This document shows, piece after piece, positions 29,049 through 38,335 of a stretch of DNA of 64,000 bases. A program made the position numbers and the translations under genes. The number at the start of each line of letters is the position of its first letter. Within the stretch, counting starts at the first letter, position 1. Source of the stretch: Candidatus Sysuimicrobiota bacterium (GTDB lineage Bacteria; Sysuimicrobiota; Sysuimicrobiia; Sysuimicrobiales; Sysuimicrobiaceae); contig PSLI01000006.1 of NCBI GenBank assembly GCA_040289515.1, forward strand, positions 2,729 to 66,728, read 5' to 3'. The notes beneath the pieces are model-generated. The model was not told the DNA's origin. It saw only the letters and a list, made by a program, of their open reading frames with translations, and searched no databases.

Positions 29049-29430
29049 GTGTACCGGAAGACCGTGCGGCAGGTGGTGCCCCGTGGGGGGCCGACCCGAG
29101 ACGAAGGGCGGGTCGACATGGTGGTGCGGTTCCTGGTGGACGAGGCGTCTGCTTGGGCGGAGAGATCCACCCTCGGGGGCGCCTCTTCCGCGACGGCGCG
29201 GAGTGGCGACGGTGGAGGACCTGGAGGCGGTCCCGGGCCGGGTGGTGGACGTGTTGGGGCAGATAAGGCGGGTCCTGGCAGGATTCGGGGAGCACCTGCG
29301 GGCCGGGGAGTTGGTCATCTGCGGACCCGTGGTTCCCCCGCTGTTCCTGGAACCCGCGGATCGGCACCTGGCCTTCGGGCTGGCGGGCCCAGGCTACGTG
29401 ACGGTCAACCTGACGGAGGCGCAGCCCTGA
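29049..29430 (+). pseudogene. Fused remnants: probable cupin N-terminus plus FAH/2-keto-4-pentenoate hydratase-like C-terminus
   Basis: GTG after GGAGG giving 'VYRKTVRQV...VRFLVDEAS'; then 'LAGFGEHLRAGELVICG.VVPP' resembling an MhpD-like C-terminus. Confidence 0.5.
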
Positions 29431-29454
29431 GAGATCCACGCACAGGGGGCTATC

Positions 29455-30510
29455 ATGCAGCTGTTGGAGCGGGAGCGGACGGCAGCCGCGGAGCTGACCG
29501 GAGGAGACCGGCTGCCACGGGTCAGGCTGGCGGCGGTGCAGGCCACGCCGTTGTTCCTTCATCGGGAGGACACCACGGAGCGCGCGTGCGAGTGGATCCT
29601 GCGGGCCGGATGCCAGGGGGCCAGGTTCGTAGTGTTCCCGGAGGGGTTCATCCCGGGCCACCTCCTCTGGTACCACTTCTTCCCCGCCACCGACCCCCCA
29701 GCAACGCTTCGGCCACCCGTTTGTTTCTGAACTCGGTGGAAGTACCCGGCCCCGTCACGGAAGCCCTCTGCGAGGCGGCCCGACCAGGCAGGGGAACTTG
29801 TGTGGTGATGGGGATCTGCGAGAGGCGGCCGGGCACCTTCGGCACCCTGTACAACACCCAGCTGTTCATCGCCCCGGACGGAACGCTCTTGGGCCGGCAC
29901 CGGAAGCTGGTGCCCACCGTGGGCGAGCGTCTGGTACACACGGGTGGCTTCGGCGACACCCTGAGGACCTTCGACACCGACTTCGGCCGGGTGGGCGGGC
30001 TCATCTGCGGCAAGAGCTCCAACCCCTGGCGGTGTTCGCCCTCCTGGCGGAATACCCGCACGTGTTGGCCATGAGCTGGCCCAACCGGTTCCCCAAGCGA
30101 GGCATGTCCTGCCCGGAGCGGGCCCTGGTGGTGGGCCGCGCCTTGGCGCTGTCCACGAAGCCCTTCGTGGTGAACGGCTGCGGGACCCTCCCGGGCGAGA
30201 TGCGGGAGCTGCTGGTTTGTACGGAGGAGGACCGGGCTGCCCTGTGGGACGACCGGAGCACGGGAGGATCCTGCATCGTGGGCCCCAGCCGATTCGTGGT
30301 GGCCGGGCTCATGGGTGTTGAGGAGGGAACCCCGGTGTATGAGGCGGACCTGAACGAGTGCGTGAGCGAAAAGATCCGGTATGACTTCGCCGGGCACTAC
30401 AACCGGCCCGACGTCTTCCAGCTCCGGGTGCGGGCGAGGGCACCGGATCTACGTGCGCAGAGGAGGGGTAGGTGTCAAGACCAGGTCGCCGAAAGGAGGG
30501 GTTCCGATGA
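29455..30510 (+). pseudogene. Nitrilase (carbon-nitrogen hydrolase), frameshifted
   Basis: Triad motifs FPE / HRKLVPT / LICG and C-terminal 'DFAGHYNRPDVF' spread over three frames (shifts near 29698 and 30025). Confidence 0.85.
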
Positions 30511-30971
30511 CGGGCGAGCAGGCAGGGTTTGTTCGGACGGTGGCGCACGCGGAGCTCGGCGGCGCCGAACAGGTGGTGGGCCGGGGGCCTCAGTCTAAGG
30601 TGTTTCACCTGGACCAGGTACCCGTGCTGGAGTCGCTGCACGACGGGCGCCGCAAGCAGATCCTGTTGAACCGGACCAACACCGGTGCGGAGTTGCTGGT
30701 GGACGTGGTGAGGGTGGCCCCGGGTTCCAGCTCCCCTGTGCACTTTCACCGCAACACCGAGCACTTCTTCCACGTACTGTCGGGCCGGGGCTGGATCCGC
30801 ATCGGGGAGCAGGAGTTCCCCCTGCGGGCGGGCTCCGTGGTCTGGGTAGCGGAGGGGGACGTGCACCAGCTGCTGGCCGATCCGGACAGCGAGCTCGTGT
30901 TTTTGGAGTACTTCTCCCGGGCGCAGCACGAGACGGTGTTCCTGGGGCCCGCGTGTTCGTGGCGCGGCTGA
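30507..30971 (+). CDS. Cupin domain protein
   Basis: 'PVHFHRNTEHFFHVLSGRG', 'GSVVWVAEGDVHQ'; AAGGAGG RBS. Confidence 0.85.
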   Translation: MTGEQAGFVRTVAHAELGGAEQVVGRGPQSKVFHLDQVPVLESLHDGRRKQILLNRTNTGAELLVDVVRVAPGSSSPVHFHRNTEHFFHVLSGRGWIRIGEQEFPLRAGSVVWVAEGDVHQLLADPDSELVFLEYFSRAQHETVFLGPACSWRG

Positions 30972-30982
30972 CGGGGGCGAGC

Positions 30983-32164
30983 GTGGGCGGGGGCCTGCGC
31001 GCGGTCGCGTCTTGGCCCGAGGCCGGATTCCCCCGCTTCTCGGAGGGGGAGATGCACAGGCGACGCGTGCTGCTGGCGGAACTGCTGGCCCAGGCCCGGG
31101 TGGACCGGGTGGTGGTCTACGGCGCGTCGGGCACCGGGGACGCGGTGCAGTGGCTCACCGGTTGGCCCGTCACGCGGGAGGCTGCGGCGGTGTGGGCCCC
31201 CGGGGAGGCGGTGACCTTGTTCGTGCAGTACCGCAACCACGTCCCCACCGCGAGGCTGGCGGCGGCAGAGGACGTGCAGGTGCGGTGGGGTGGACCGTCC
31301 ACGGCCCGGAGCGTGGCGGAGGAGCTTCTCCGCCGGGGTGGCAGCTCCCAGCGGGTGGCGCTGGTGGGCCCGCTTCCCGCCGCAGCCTGGCGGGACCTGG
31401 CCGCGCACGTGCGCGAGGTGGTGGATCTCACCGGGCCGTACGTGCGCCTGCGGCTGGTCAAGTCTCCGGAGGAGCTCGCCTGGCTGCGGGCCGGTGCGGC
31501 TTTCACGGACCGGGCCGCAGCCGCCCTGGAACGGGCTCTGCAGCTCGGGGTGACGGAGTTCGAGCTGGTGGACGCCGTGGAGCGCGCGTACGTGCCTCTG
31601 GGTGGGGCCACGCACATCCACTTCCTGTCCGTGACGTCCATGAAGCACCCCGACCGGTGTGTGCCCGCGCAATTCCCTTCCGCGCGGCGGGTCGGCCCCG
31701 GGGACGTGGTGGTGTGCGAGGTGAGCGCCGCCTTCTGGGGGTACGCGGGTCAGTTGCTCCGGACCTTCGTGGTGCACGGGGAGCCCGCGCCCCTGTTCCG
31801 GACCCTGCACGAGGTCGCAGAGGAGGCGCTGCAGGAGGCGTTTCAGCGCTTGCGTCCTGGCGCCCCGGCGCGGGATCTCCAAGCGGCCTTGGAGGTGGTG
31901 CGGCGCGCGGGATGGACGCTCTGCGACGACTTGGTGCACGGGTTCGGGGGCGGGTACCTGCCGCCCGTGCTGGGGCCGGACGGGTTCGAACGCCCGGAGG
32001 ACGCGGAGCTGGTGCTGCAGCCGGGGATGGCGGTGGTGGTACAGCCCAACGTGGTGAGCCCCGACAGGCAAGCGGGCGTGCAGACGGGGGAACTCGTCCT
32101 GCTGACCGAGGAGGGGATGGAGTTTCCGCACAACTACCCGCGGGGCCTGCGCCTCGTGGGGTAA
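30983..32164 (+). CDS. M24-fold (creatinase/prolidase-like) protein with degenerate metal ligands
   Basis: 'LVKSPEE', 'CEVSAAFWGYAGQLLRT', 'VHGFG', 'VVQPN', 'GELV'; start uncertain (30953 possible). Confidence 0.8.
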   Translation: MGGGLRAVASWPEAGFPRFSEGEMHRRRVLLAELLAQARVDRVVVYGASGTGDAVQWLTGWPVTREAAAVWAPGEAVTLFVQYRNHVPTARLAAAEDVQVRWGGPSTARSVAEELLRRGGSSQRVALVGPLPAAAWRDLAAHVREVVDLTGPYVRLRLVKSPEELAWLRAGAAFTDRAAAALERALQLGVTEFELVDAVERAYVPLGGATHIHFLSVTSMKHPDRCVPAQFPSARRVGPGDVVVCEVSAAFWGYAGQLLRTFVVHGEPAPLFRTLHEVAEEALQEAFQRLRPGAPARDLQAALEVVRRAGWTLCDDLVHGFGGGYLPPVLGPDGFERPEDAELVLQPGMAVVVQPNVVSPDRQAGVQTGELVLLTEEGMEFPHNYPRGLRLVG

Positions 32165-32173
32165 GGAGGCGGC

Positions 32174-33265
32174 ATGGACCGTCCGGAGCGACAGGACACC
32201 GAGCGGGATCCTCGTGTGCAGACCGCCATCGACCACTGGGCGCCGCGCTTTCTGGCGCAGGGCGTGGACTACAACGACTTCGTGCGTACCACGGGAGCCA
32301 TCCGACGGTGGGAGGAGTGGCTGGATGCCTGGGTGGCCACGGGAGACGTGCACGCGGACTTGGCCCGCGAGGCGGAGCATCGGGGACGGCGGGTGACTGC
32401 GGGAGAGGCGTGGGTGCGGGCTGCCCTGTGTTACCACTTCGCGAAGTTCGTGTGGTGGGTGGACCTGGCAAAGCGGCAGGACACCTCGCGGCGGTCCGTG
32501 GCAGCTCTTGGGGCGGCCCACCGCCACCTGGACCCCACCGCGGAGCGCCTGGAGGTTCCCTTCGAGGGCGCCCGGCTGGTGGCAAATTTGCGGTTCCCGC
32601 GGGAAGTAAAGCGCCCGCCCCTGGTGCTCCTCATCCCTGGCCTGGATTCCACCAAGGAGGAGTTCTTCTACTGGGAGCACGTGTTCCTGGTGCGGGGCAT
32701 GGCCACCCTGTCCCTGGACGGTCCGGGACAGGGAGAGACCGGGGACCACACGGTGATCCGGCCGGACTACGAGGTGGCCGTCTCCGCGGTGCTGGACGCT
32801 CTGGAGGGCCGCTCCGACCTGGACGGTCGCCGCGTGGGGGCGGTCGGGGTGAGCCTGGGAGGGTACTACGCACCACGGGCTGCGGCCTTCGAGCTTCGGA
32901 TCCGCGCCGTGGCCGCCATCGGAGGGCCCTACAACTTCGGAGCCCTGTGGGACACCCTTCCGGGCCTCACCCGGCAGACCTTCGCCCACCACGCAGGTGC
33001 CCGGGATGAAGCCGAAGCCCGCCACCGCGCGCTCCAGCTGGACCTCAGACCCGTGTTGCCGCGGGTACGACAGCCCTTCCTGGTGGTGTTCGGCCAGCAG
33101 GACCGCCTGATCCCCTGGACGGACGCGCAACGGGTGGCCCGGGAGGCGCCCAACGCCACCTTCGTCCTTTTCCCGGAGGGCAACCACGTGTGCAACAACA
33201 TCCCCTATAAGTACCGTCCCCTGGTGGCGGACTGGATGGTGGAGACTCTGCGCCGGGAGGCGTAA
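32174..33265 (+). CDS. Alpha/beta hydrolase, 2,6-dihydroxypseudooxynicotine hydrolase-like
   Basis: 'GLDSTKEE', 'DGPGQGE', nucleophile GVSLGG, 'EGNHVCNN', 'ADW', matching the recalled layout of the Arthrobacter DHPON hydrolase family. Confidence 0.85.
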   Translation: MDRPERQDTERDPRVQTAIDHWAPRFLAQGVDYNDFVRTTGAIRRWEEWLDAWVATGDVHADLAREAEHRGRRVTAGEAWVRAALCYHFAKFVWWVDLAKRQDTSRRSVAALGAAHRHLDPTAERLEVPFEGARLVANLRFPREVKRPPLVLLIPGLDSTKEEFFYWEHVFLVRGMATLSLDGPGQGETGDHTVIRPDYEVAVSAVLDALEGRSDLDGRRVGAVGVSLGGYYAPRAAAFELRIRAVAAIGGPYNFGALWDTLPGLTRQTFAHHAGARDEAEARHRALQLDLRPVLPRVRQPFLVVFGQQDRLIPWTDAQRVAREAPNATFVLFPEGNHVCNNIPYKYRPLVADWMVETLRREA

Positions 33266-33268
33266 ACG

Positions 33269-34029
33269 GTGAGAGCCAAGATTCGTGTGGAAGGCGTCGT
33301 CAAGCGGTTCGGGGACGTGCTGGCCGTGGGCCCCTGCAGCCTGGAGGTGTACCCGAACGAGTTCCTGTGCATAATCGGCCCCAGCGGGTGCGGCAAGACG
33401 ACCCTGCTCCGCCTGGTGGACGGGCTCATCCTTCCCGACGAGGGGAAGGTGTGGGTAGACGGCCAGCAGGTCACGTTCCCGCGGCCGGATGTGGCCATGG
33501 TATTCCAGCACTTCGGGCTGTTCCCTTGGAAGACGGTGTGGGAGAACGTGGCGTAGGCCTCCGGGTGCAGGGGCGGTCCAGGGCGGAGATCCAGGATTTG
33601 GTACCCCGGTATATAGAGCTCATGGGGCTGCGGGGATTTGAACACCGCTACCCGTACCAGCTCTCCGGCGGGATGCAGCAGCGGGTGGGAATCGCCCGGG
33701 CGCTGGCCGTGGATCCGGCTGTGCTCCTCATGGATGAGCCCTTCGGAGCCCTCGACGCCCAGACGCGGGAGCTCATGCAGGAGGAGCTGTTGCGGGTGTG
33801 GCGGATCCAGCGGAAGACGGTGGTGTTCGTCACGCACAGCATCGATGAAGCCGTTCTGCTGGGAGACCGGATCGTGGTGATGTCCCGGCGGCCCGGGCGG
33901 GTGAAGGAGATCCTTGCCGTGGACATCCCCAGGCCCCGAAGGGCGGAGGTGGTCCGGGGCCTGCCGCGGTTTTTGGAACTCCGCCAGCACATCTGGGATC
34001 TTTTGCGGATGGAGGTGGCGGTGGCATGA
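33269..34029 (+). pseudogene. NitT/TauB-type ABC ATP-binding protein with 1-nt frameshift
   Basis: GPSGCGKT in one frame ending ENVA-TAG (33554); 'GLRVQG...LSGGMQQR...MDEPF' continues in another frame. Confidence 0.85.
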
Positions 34030-34832
34030 GGGCCGAGGCGGTGGCTTCCGTAGGTCCAGGGGGGCGTGCAAGGCTGCACCTGGGACCGCTGGGGATCCGG
34101 GTGCTCTCCGTGCTGCTGGGGCTTGGCGCGTGGGAGGCGTACGGCCAAGTCCTTCGCTCGCCCATCTTCACGTACCCGTCTGCCATCGTGCGAGCGGGCG
34201 TGCTTCTGGTGCGGACCGGGGAGCTAGCGTACTACCTGCAGGCCAGCCTGGTGGTGCTGGCCGGCGGGCTTTTCCTGGCCATTCTGTTCGGAATCCCCTT
34301 CGGCGTGGTCATGGCGCGCAGCAGCCTCGTGGAGTACGCTACGGAGCCCTACATGAACGCCCTGTACGCCACGCCCACGGTGGCCCTGATCCCTGTCATC
34401 GTCCTATGGCTGGGGTTCCAGACTACGGCGAAGGTGGCTCTGGTGTTCCTGTTCTGTGTGTTCCCCATCCTCATCAACACCTACCAGGGCGTGCGGAGCG
34501 TGGACCGCCGGCTCGTGGAGGTGGCGCGCTCCTTCTGCTCGGGGGAGTGGGCGCTGTGGCGGGACGTGATCCTGCCGTCCGCCACACCCTTCCTGCTGGC
34601 GGGGATCCGGCTGGCCATCGGCCGGGGGTTGGTGGGCATGGTGGTGGCGGAGTTCTACACCAGCATTACCGGGCTGGGGTACATGATCGTGCAGTACGCG
34701 AACACGTTCAAGACGGACCGCCTCTTCGTCCCCATCGTGGTTCTCATGATCCTGGGGGTGGGCCTCACGGGGCTGCTGAAGGCCGTGGAACGGCGCATTG
34801 CGCCTTGGATGCACATGCCGCACGAGGAGTAG
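34026..34832 (+). CDS. NitT/TauC-type ABC permease
   Basis: 'NTYQGVRSVD...VEVARSF', 'MVVAEF', 'GLGYMI'. Confidence 0.92.
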   Translation: MRAEAVASVGPGGRARLHLGPLGIRVLSVLLGLGAWEAYGQVLRSPIFTYPSAIVRAGVLLVRTGELAYYLQASLVVLAGGLFLAILFGIPFGVVMARSSLVEYATEPYMNALYATPTVALIPVIVLWLGFQTTAKVALVFLFCVFPILINTYQGVRSVDRRLVEVARSFCSGEWALWRDVILPSATPFLLAGIRLAIGRGLVGMVVAEFYTSITGLGYMIVQYANTFKTDRLFVPIVVLMILGVGLTGLLKAVERRIAPWMHMPHEE

Positions 34833-34844
34833 GAGGTGAGGGAG

Positions 34845-35879
34845 ATGGCACGGGCGACGATCTGGAAGGGATGGCTGTTGGCGCTGGGGTTCCTGCTGGC
34901 CGGGGTTTCCCCGGCAGGGCTGGCACAGGCGCGGCGGGTGCTGGGGATCGCCATGCCCACCACCCCGCCCAACGTGGTCCACCTGCCCCCCTGGATCGCG
35001 CAGGAAGGGGGGATGTTCGCCAGGTACGGGATCGAACCCCGCATCTTCACGTTTGAGGGTGGTCCCTCTGCCCTCCGCGCGCTGTTAGGAGGGCGAGGAG
35101 AGGTGCACATCGCCGCCCCCGGTATCCCGCCTTTCGTGTCTGCCCTGGCACGGGGGGCGGAGCTGCGGGCCCTCTACAGCTACGCCATGCCTCACCCGGT
35201 GGTGATGGTGGCGCGGCCGGAGGTCCGGAGGTGCGAGGACTTGCGGGGACGGAAGATCGGGACGCCCGGAGGCGTGGGCGCGTACCCCGAAGTGATGGCG
35301 CGGGCGGTCCTACAGAGCTGCGGTCTAAGCCCGCGGGACGTGCAGTACGTGAGCATCGCCACGGGGGCGCGGGTGCCCGCCCTCTTGTCCGGACAGATCG
35401 ACGCCATCACCATGCACCTGGACCAGGCGTACGAGGCCCTGGACCAGAAACGCGATCTGCGCATTCTCGCGCGCTTGTGGGAAGTGCTCCCGCGGGGCTG
35501 GTACGCCGCCTACGTGACCACGGGGGAGATTATCCGCACCGAGCCTCAGCTTTTACAGGACGCTGTGTGCGCTCTGATCGAAGCGCAGCGCTTCATCTAT
35601 CAGAACCGCAGCCGCACCATCGACATCGGCGTTAAGTACACGAAGTTCAGTCGGGACGTGGTGGCACGGACGTACGACGAATTCACCCGGCGAGGCCTCT
35701 GGCCGGTGAACGAGGCCCTGCATCGGGACCTGGTGGAAAGCGGGATCGAAACGGAGGTTCGCATCGGCACGCTGTCCGCCGCGGAGCGCCCCACCTACGA
35801 CCGGGCGGTGGAGTGGGGGTTCGTCCGCGCCTGCTTAACCAAGCTGGGCAAATGGACGGGGGATCCCCGCTGGTACTGA
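34845..35879 (+). CDS. ABC substrate-binding protein (NMT1/THI5/SsuA-like)
   Basis: Signal peptide, 'DLRGRKIG', 'ALLSGQIDA'; ends the TauABC-type cassette. Confidence 0.85.
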   Translation: MARATIWKGWLLALGFLLAGVSPAGLAQARRVLGIAMPTTPPNVVHLPPWIAQEGGMFARYGIEPRIFTFEGGPSALRALLGGRGEVHIAAPGIPPFVSALARGAELRALYSYAMPHPVVMVARPEVRRCEDLRGRKIGTPGGVGAYPEVMARAVLQSCGLSPRDVQYVSIATGARVPALLSGQIDAITMHLDQAYEALDQKRDLRILARLWEVLPRGWYAAYVTTGEIIRTEPQLLQDAVCALIEAQRFIYQNRSRTIDIGVKYTKFSRDVVARTYDEFTRRGLWPVNEALHRDLVESGIETEVRIGTLSAAERPTYDRAVEWGFVRACLTKLGKWTGDPRWY

Positions 35880-35984
35880 ACGTAGCTGCCGAACCTGCGA
35901 CGCAGCGCTGGACAGGAGCCCGCGCTCCGGCCCCTATACTGGGAGGGTGACAGCCCAGCTGGGAGGAGGCTGCAGGAGGATGAA

Positions 35985-38294
35985 GTGAAGGACCTCGAGG
36001 CGGGGAAGTGGATCGGGCGTTCGCTGCGGAGGAAAGAGGACGGGCGGTTCCTCCGGGGGCAGGCGCGCTACGTGGACGACCTGCAACTGCCGGGGATGCT
36101 GCACGTAGTGGTAGTGCGCAGCGCCCACGCCCACGCGCGCATCGCGGGCGTCCAGGTGGACGCCGCGCGGAAGGTCCCCGGGTTGGTGGCCGTGATCACC
36201 GCGCAGGACCTGGAGGGCAAGCTGGGCCGGTACGCCCTGGCGGGGGTGGAAGGCACCCGCGTGGAGGACGTGCCGCATCCCGTGCTGGCCACCGATCGCG
36301 TCCGGTACGTGGGGGAGCCCGTGGCCGCGGTGGTGGCGGAAACAAAGGGGGCAGCGGAGGATGCCGCCGCGATGGTGGAGGTGGACTACGACCCGTTGCC
36401 CGCGGTGGTGGACCCGGAAGCGGCTCTGACGGGTGGGGTGCCCCTCCACGACAGCGTGCCGGACAACGTGCTGTTCCGGTGGGAGGGTCAGGGCGGGGAT
36501 CCCGACGGGGAGTTCGCACGCGCAGACCGCGTGGTGCGCCAGAAGTTCCGGATTCCGAGGCTGGCGGCGGTACCCATGGAGACCCGGGGCGTGGTGGCCG
36601 CGTACGACCCCGGGGCAGACCTGCTGACCGTGTGGGCCTCGGCCCAGGGGACCCACCGGCCCCGGGCGCAGCTGGCCCGCATCCTCCAAAGGCCTGAGGA
36701 GCGCATTCGATTTATAGTCCCCGACGTGGGCGGGGCGTTCGGGAGCAAGTTCGGGGTGTCTCCGGAGACCGTGCTGGTGGCGTGGGCCGCGCAGGAACTG
36801 GGCCGGCCGGTGAAGTGGGTGGAGGATCGGCGGGAGAACCTGCTGGCCAGCTACCAGGGACGCGGTATGGTGGCAGAGGTGGAAGTGGCGGTGCGGGACG
36901 GGCGTATGACCGCGCTCCGGGCGCGGCTCCTGGCCGACGCGGGCGCGTACCTGTACCCTTCCACCCCCATCCCTCCGGTGAACACCGCCATGCTCATGAC
37001 GGGTGCGTACGACATCCCCAGTGCCCACGTGGTGCTGCTGGGCGTGGCCACCAACAAGGTGCCCACCGGCCCTTACCGAGGGGCGGGGCGGCCCGAGGCT
37101 GCGTACCTGGTGGAGCGCATGGTGGAGCTGGTAGCCCGGGAGCTGGGCGAGGATCCCGTGAGCTTCCGGATGCGGCACCTGGTGCCCCCGGACGGGTTCC
37201 CCTACCGCAACCCGCTGGGGTTCGTGTACGACTCGGGCGACTACCCCGCCGCTTTGCGCAAGCTCCGCGAGCTCCTGGATTACGACAGCTGGCGGGCGGA
37301 ACAGGCGCGGGCCAGGGCCGAAGGGCGGCTCGTCGGTGTGGGGGTGGCTCTGTACGTGGAGCGGGCCGCCAGCCAGCTGTGGGAGAGCGCCGCGGTGGTG
37401 GTGGAACCCACCGGACGGGTGGTGGTGCGCACGGGCTCCGTACCCCATGGCCAGGGCCACGAGACCGTCTTCGCTCAGATCGCCGCAGACCTGTTGCACG
37501 TGCACCCCGACGACGTGGTGGTGCAGTACGGGGACACGCACCTTTTGGGCCGCAGCATCGGCACCTTCGGCAGCCGGTCCACCACCCTGGGCGGGTCCGC
37601 GATCGTGGTGGCCGCCCAGAAGCTACAGGAGAAAGTCAAGCGGATCGCGGCCCACCTGCTGGAGGCCAGCCCGGAGGACCTGGAGTGGCAGGACGGCTGC
37701 CTGTGGGTCCGGGGCGTCCCCGAGCGGGCGGTGAGCTGGCGGGAGGTGGCCTCCGCCGCCTACCAGCCGCAGCGGCTGCCTGCGGGCCTGGAGATGGGGT
37801 TGGAGGCGGTGGGCTACTTCGCCATTCCGCGCCCCGTGTTCCCGTACGGCGCATACGGCGCGGTGGTGGAGGTCGATGCGGAGACCGGCCAGGTCCGGAT
37901 CCTCCGCCTGGTCGCGGTGGATGACGCGGGCCGCATCGTCAATCCCCTGCTGGCGGAGGGGCAGATCTCGGGTAGCGTGGTGCAGGCGGTGGGCCAGGCC
38001 TTCTGCGAAGCCTTCGAGTACGCTGGGCAGGGACAGCCCATGGCCACCACCCTGGCGGAGTACGGCATCCCGCGGGCGGTGCACGCACCGCCGCTGGTGA
38101 GCGAGTTCCTGCAGACCCCTTCGCCTCTCAACCCCCTGGGCGCCAAGGGCCTCGGGGAGGCGGGCACCATCGGAGCTCCGCCCGCCATTGCGAACGCCGT
38201 GATGGACGCCCTGGAACCCTCCGGCGTGCGCCACCTGGATTTCCCCTTCACTGCGGAGCGTGTGTGGCGGGCCATGCGGGGCACTGCGCGGTAG
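35985..38294 (+). CDS. Xanthine dehydrogenase-family molybdopterin-binding large subunit (CoxL form II-like)
   Basis: 'RRKEDGRFLRG', 'DVGGAFGSK', 'PYRGAGR', 'HGQGHET', 'GTFGSRS', 'AKGLGE'. Confidence 0.92.
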   Translation: MKDLEAGKWIGRSLRRKEDGRFLRGQARYVDDLQLPGMLHVVVVRSAHAHARIAGVQVDAARKVPGLVAVITAQDLEGKLGRYALAGVEGTRVEDVPHPVLATDRVRYVGEPVAAVVAETKGAAEDAAAMVEVDYDPLPAVVDPEAALTGGVPLHDSVPDNVLFRWEGQGGDPDGEFARADRVVRQKFRIPRLAAVPMETRGVVAAYDPGADLLTVWASAQGTHRPRAQLARILQRPEERIRFIVPDVGGAFGSKFGVSPETVLVAWAAQELGRPVKWVEDRRENLLASYQGRGMVAEVEVAVRDGRMTALRARLLADAGAYLYPSTPIPPVNTAMLMTGAYDIPSAHVVLLGVATNKVPTGPYRGAGRPEAAYLVERMVELVARELGEDPVSFRMRHLVPPDGFPYRNPLGFVYDSGDYPAALRKLRELLDYDSWRAEQARARAEGRLVGVGVALYVERAASQLWESAAVVVEPTGRVVVRTGSVPHGQGHETVFAQIAADLLHVHPDDVVVQYGDTHLLGRSIGTFGSRSTTLGGSAIVVAAQKLQEKVKRIAAHLLEASPEDLEWQDGCLWVRGVPERAVSWREVASAAYQPQRLPAGLEMGLEAVGYFAIPRPVFPYGAYGAVVEVDAETGQVRILRLVAVDDAGRIVNPLLAEGQISGSVVQAVGQAFCEAFEYAGQGQPMATTLAEYGIPRAVHAPPLVSEFLQTPSPLNPLGAKGLGEAGTIGAPPAIANAVMDALEPSGVRHLDFPFTAERVWRAMRGTAR

Positions 38295-38335
38295 CCCGCA
38301 GGAGCTGAACCCCTGCGGCGCGTAACTCTTCGGGG

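Noticed and set aside
33554-33556. In-frame TAG as pyrrolysine or readthrough
   Set aside because: Homology continues in a different frame, so this is a frameshift
35985-38294. Aerobic CO dehydrogenase
   Set aside because: The active-site loop is PYRGAGR, not the form I AYxCSFR, and there are no cox accessory genes
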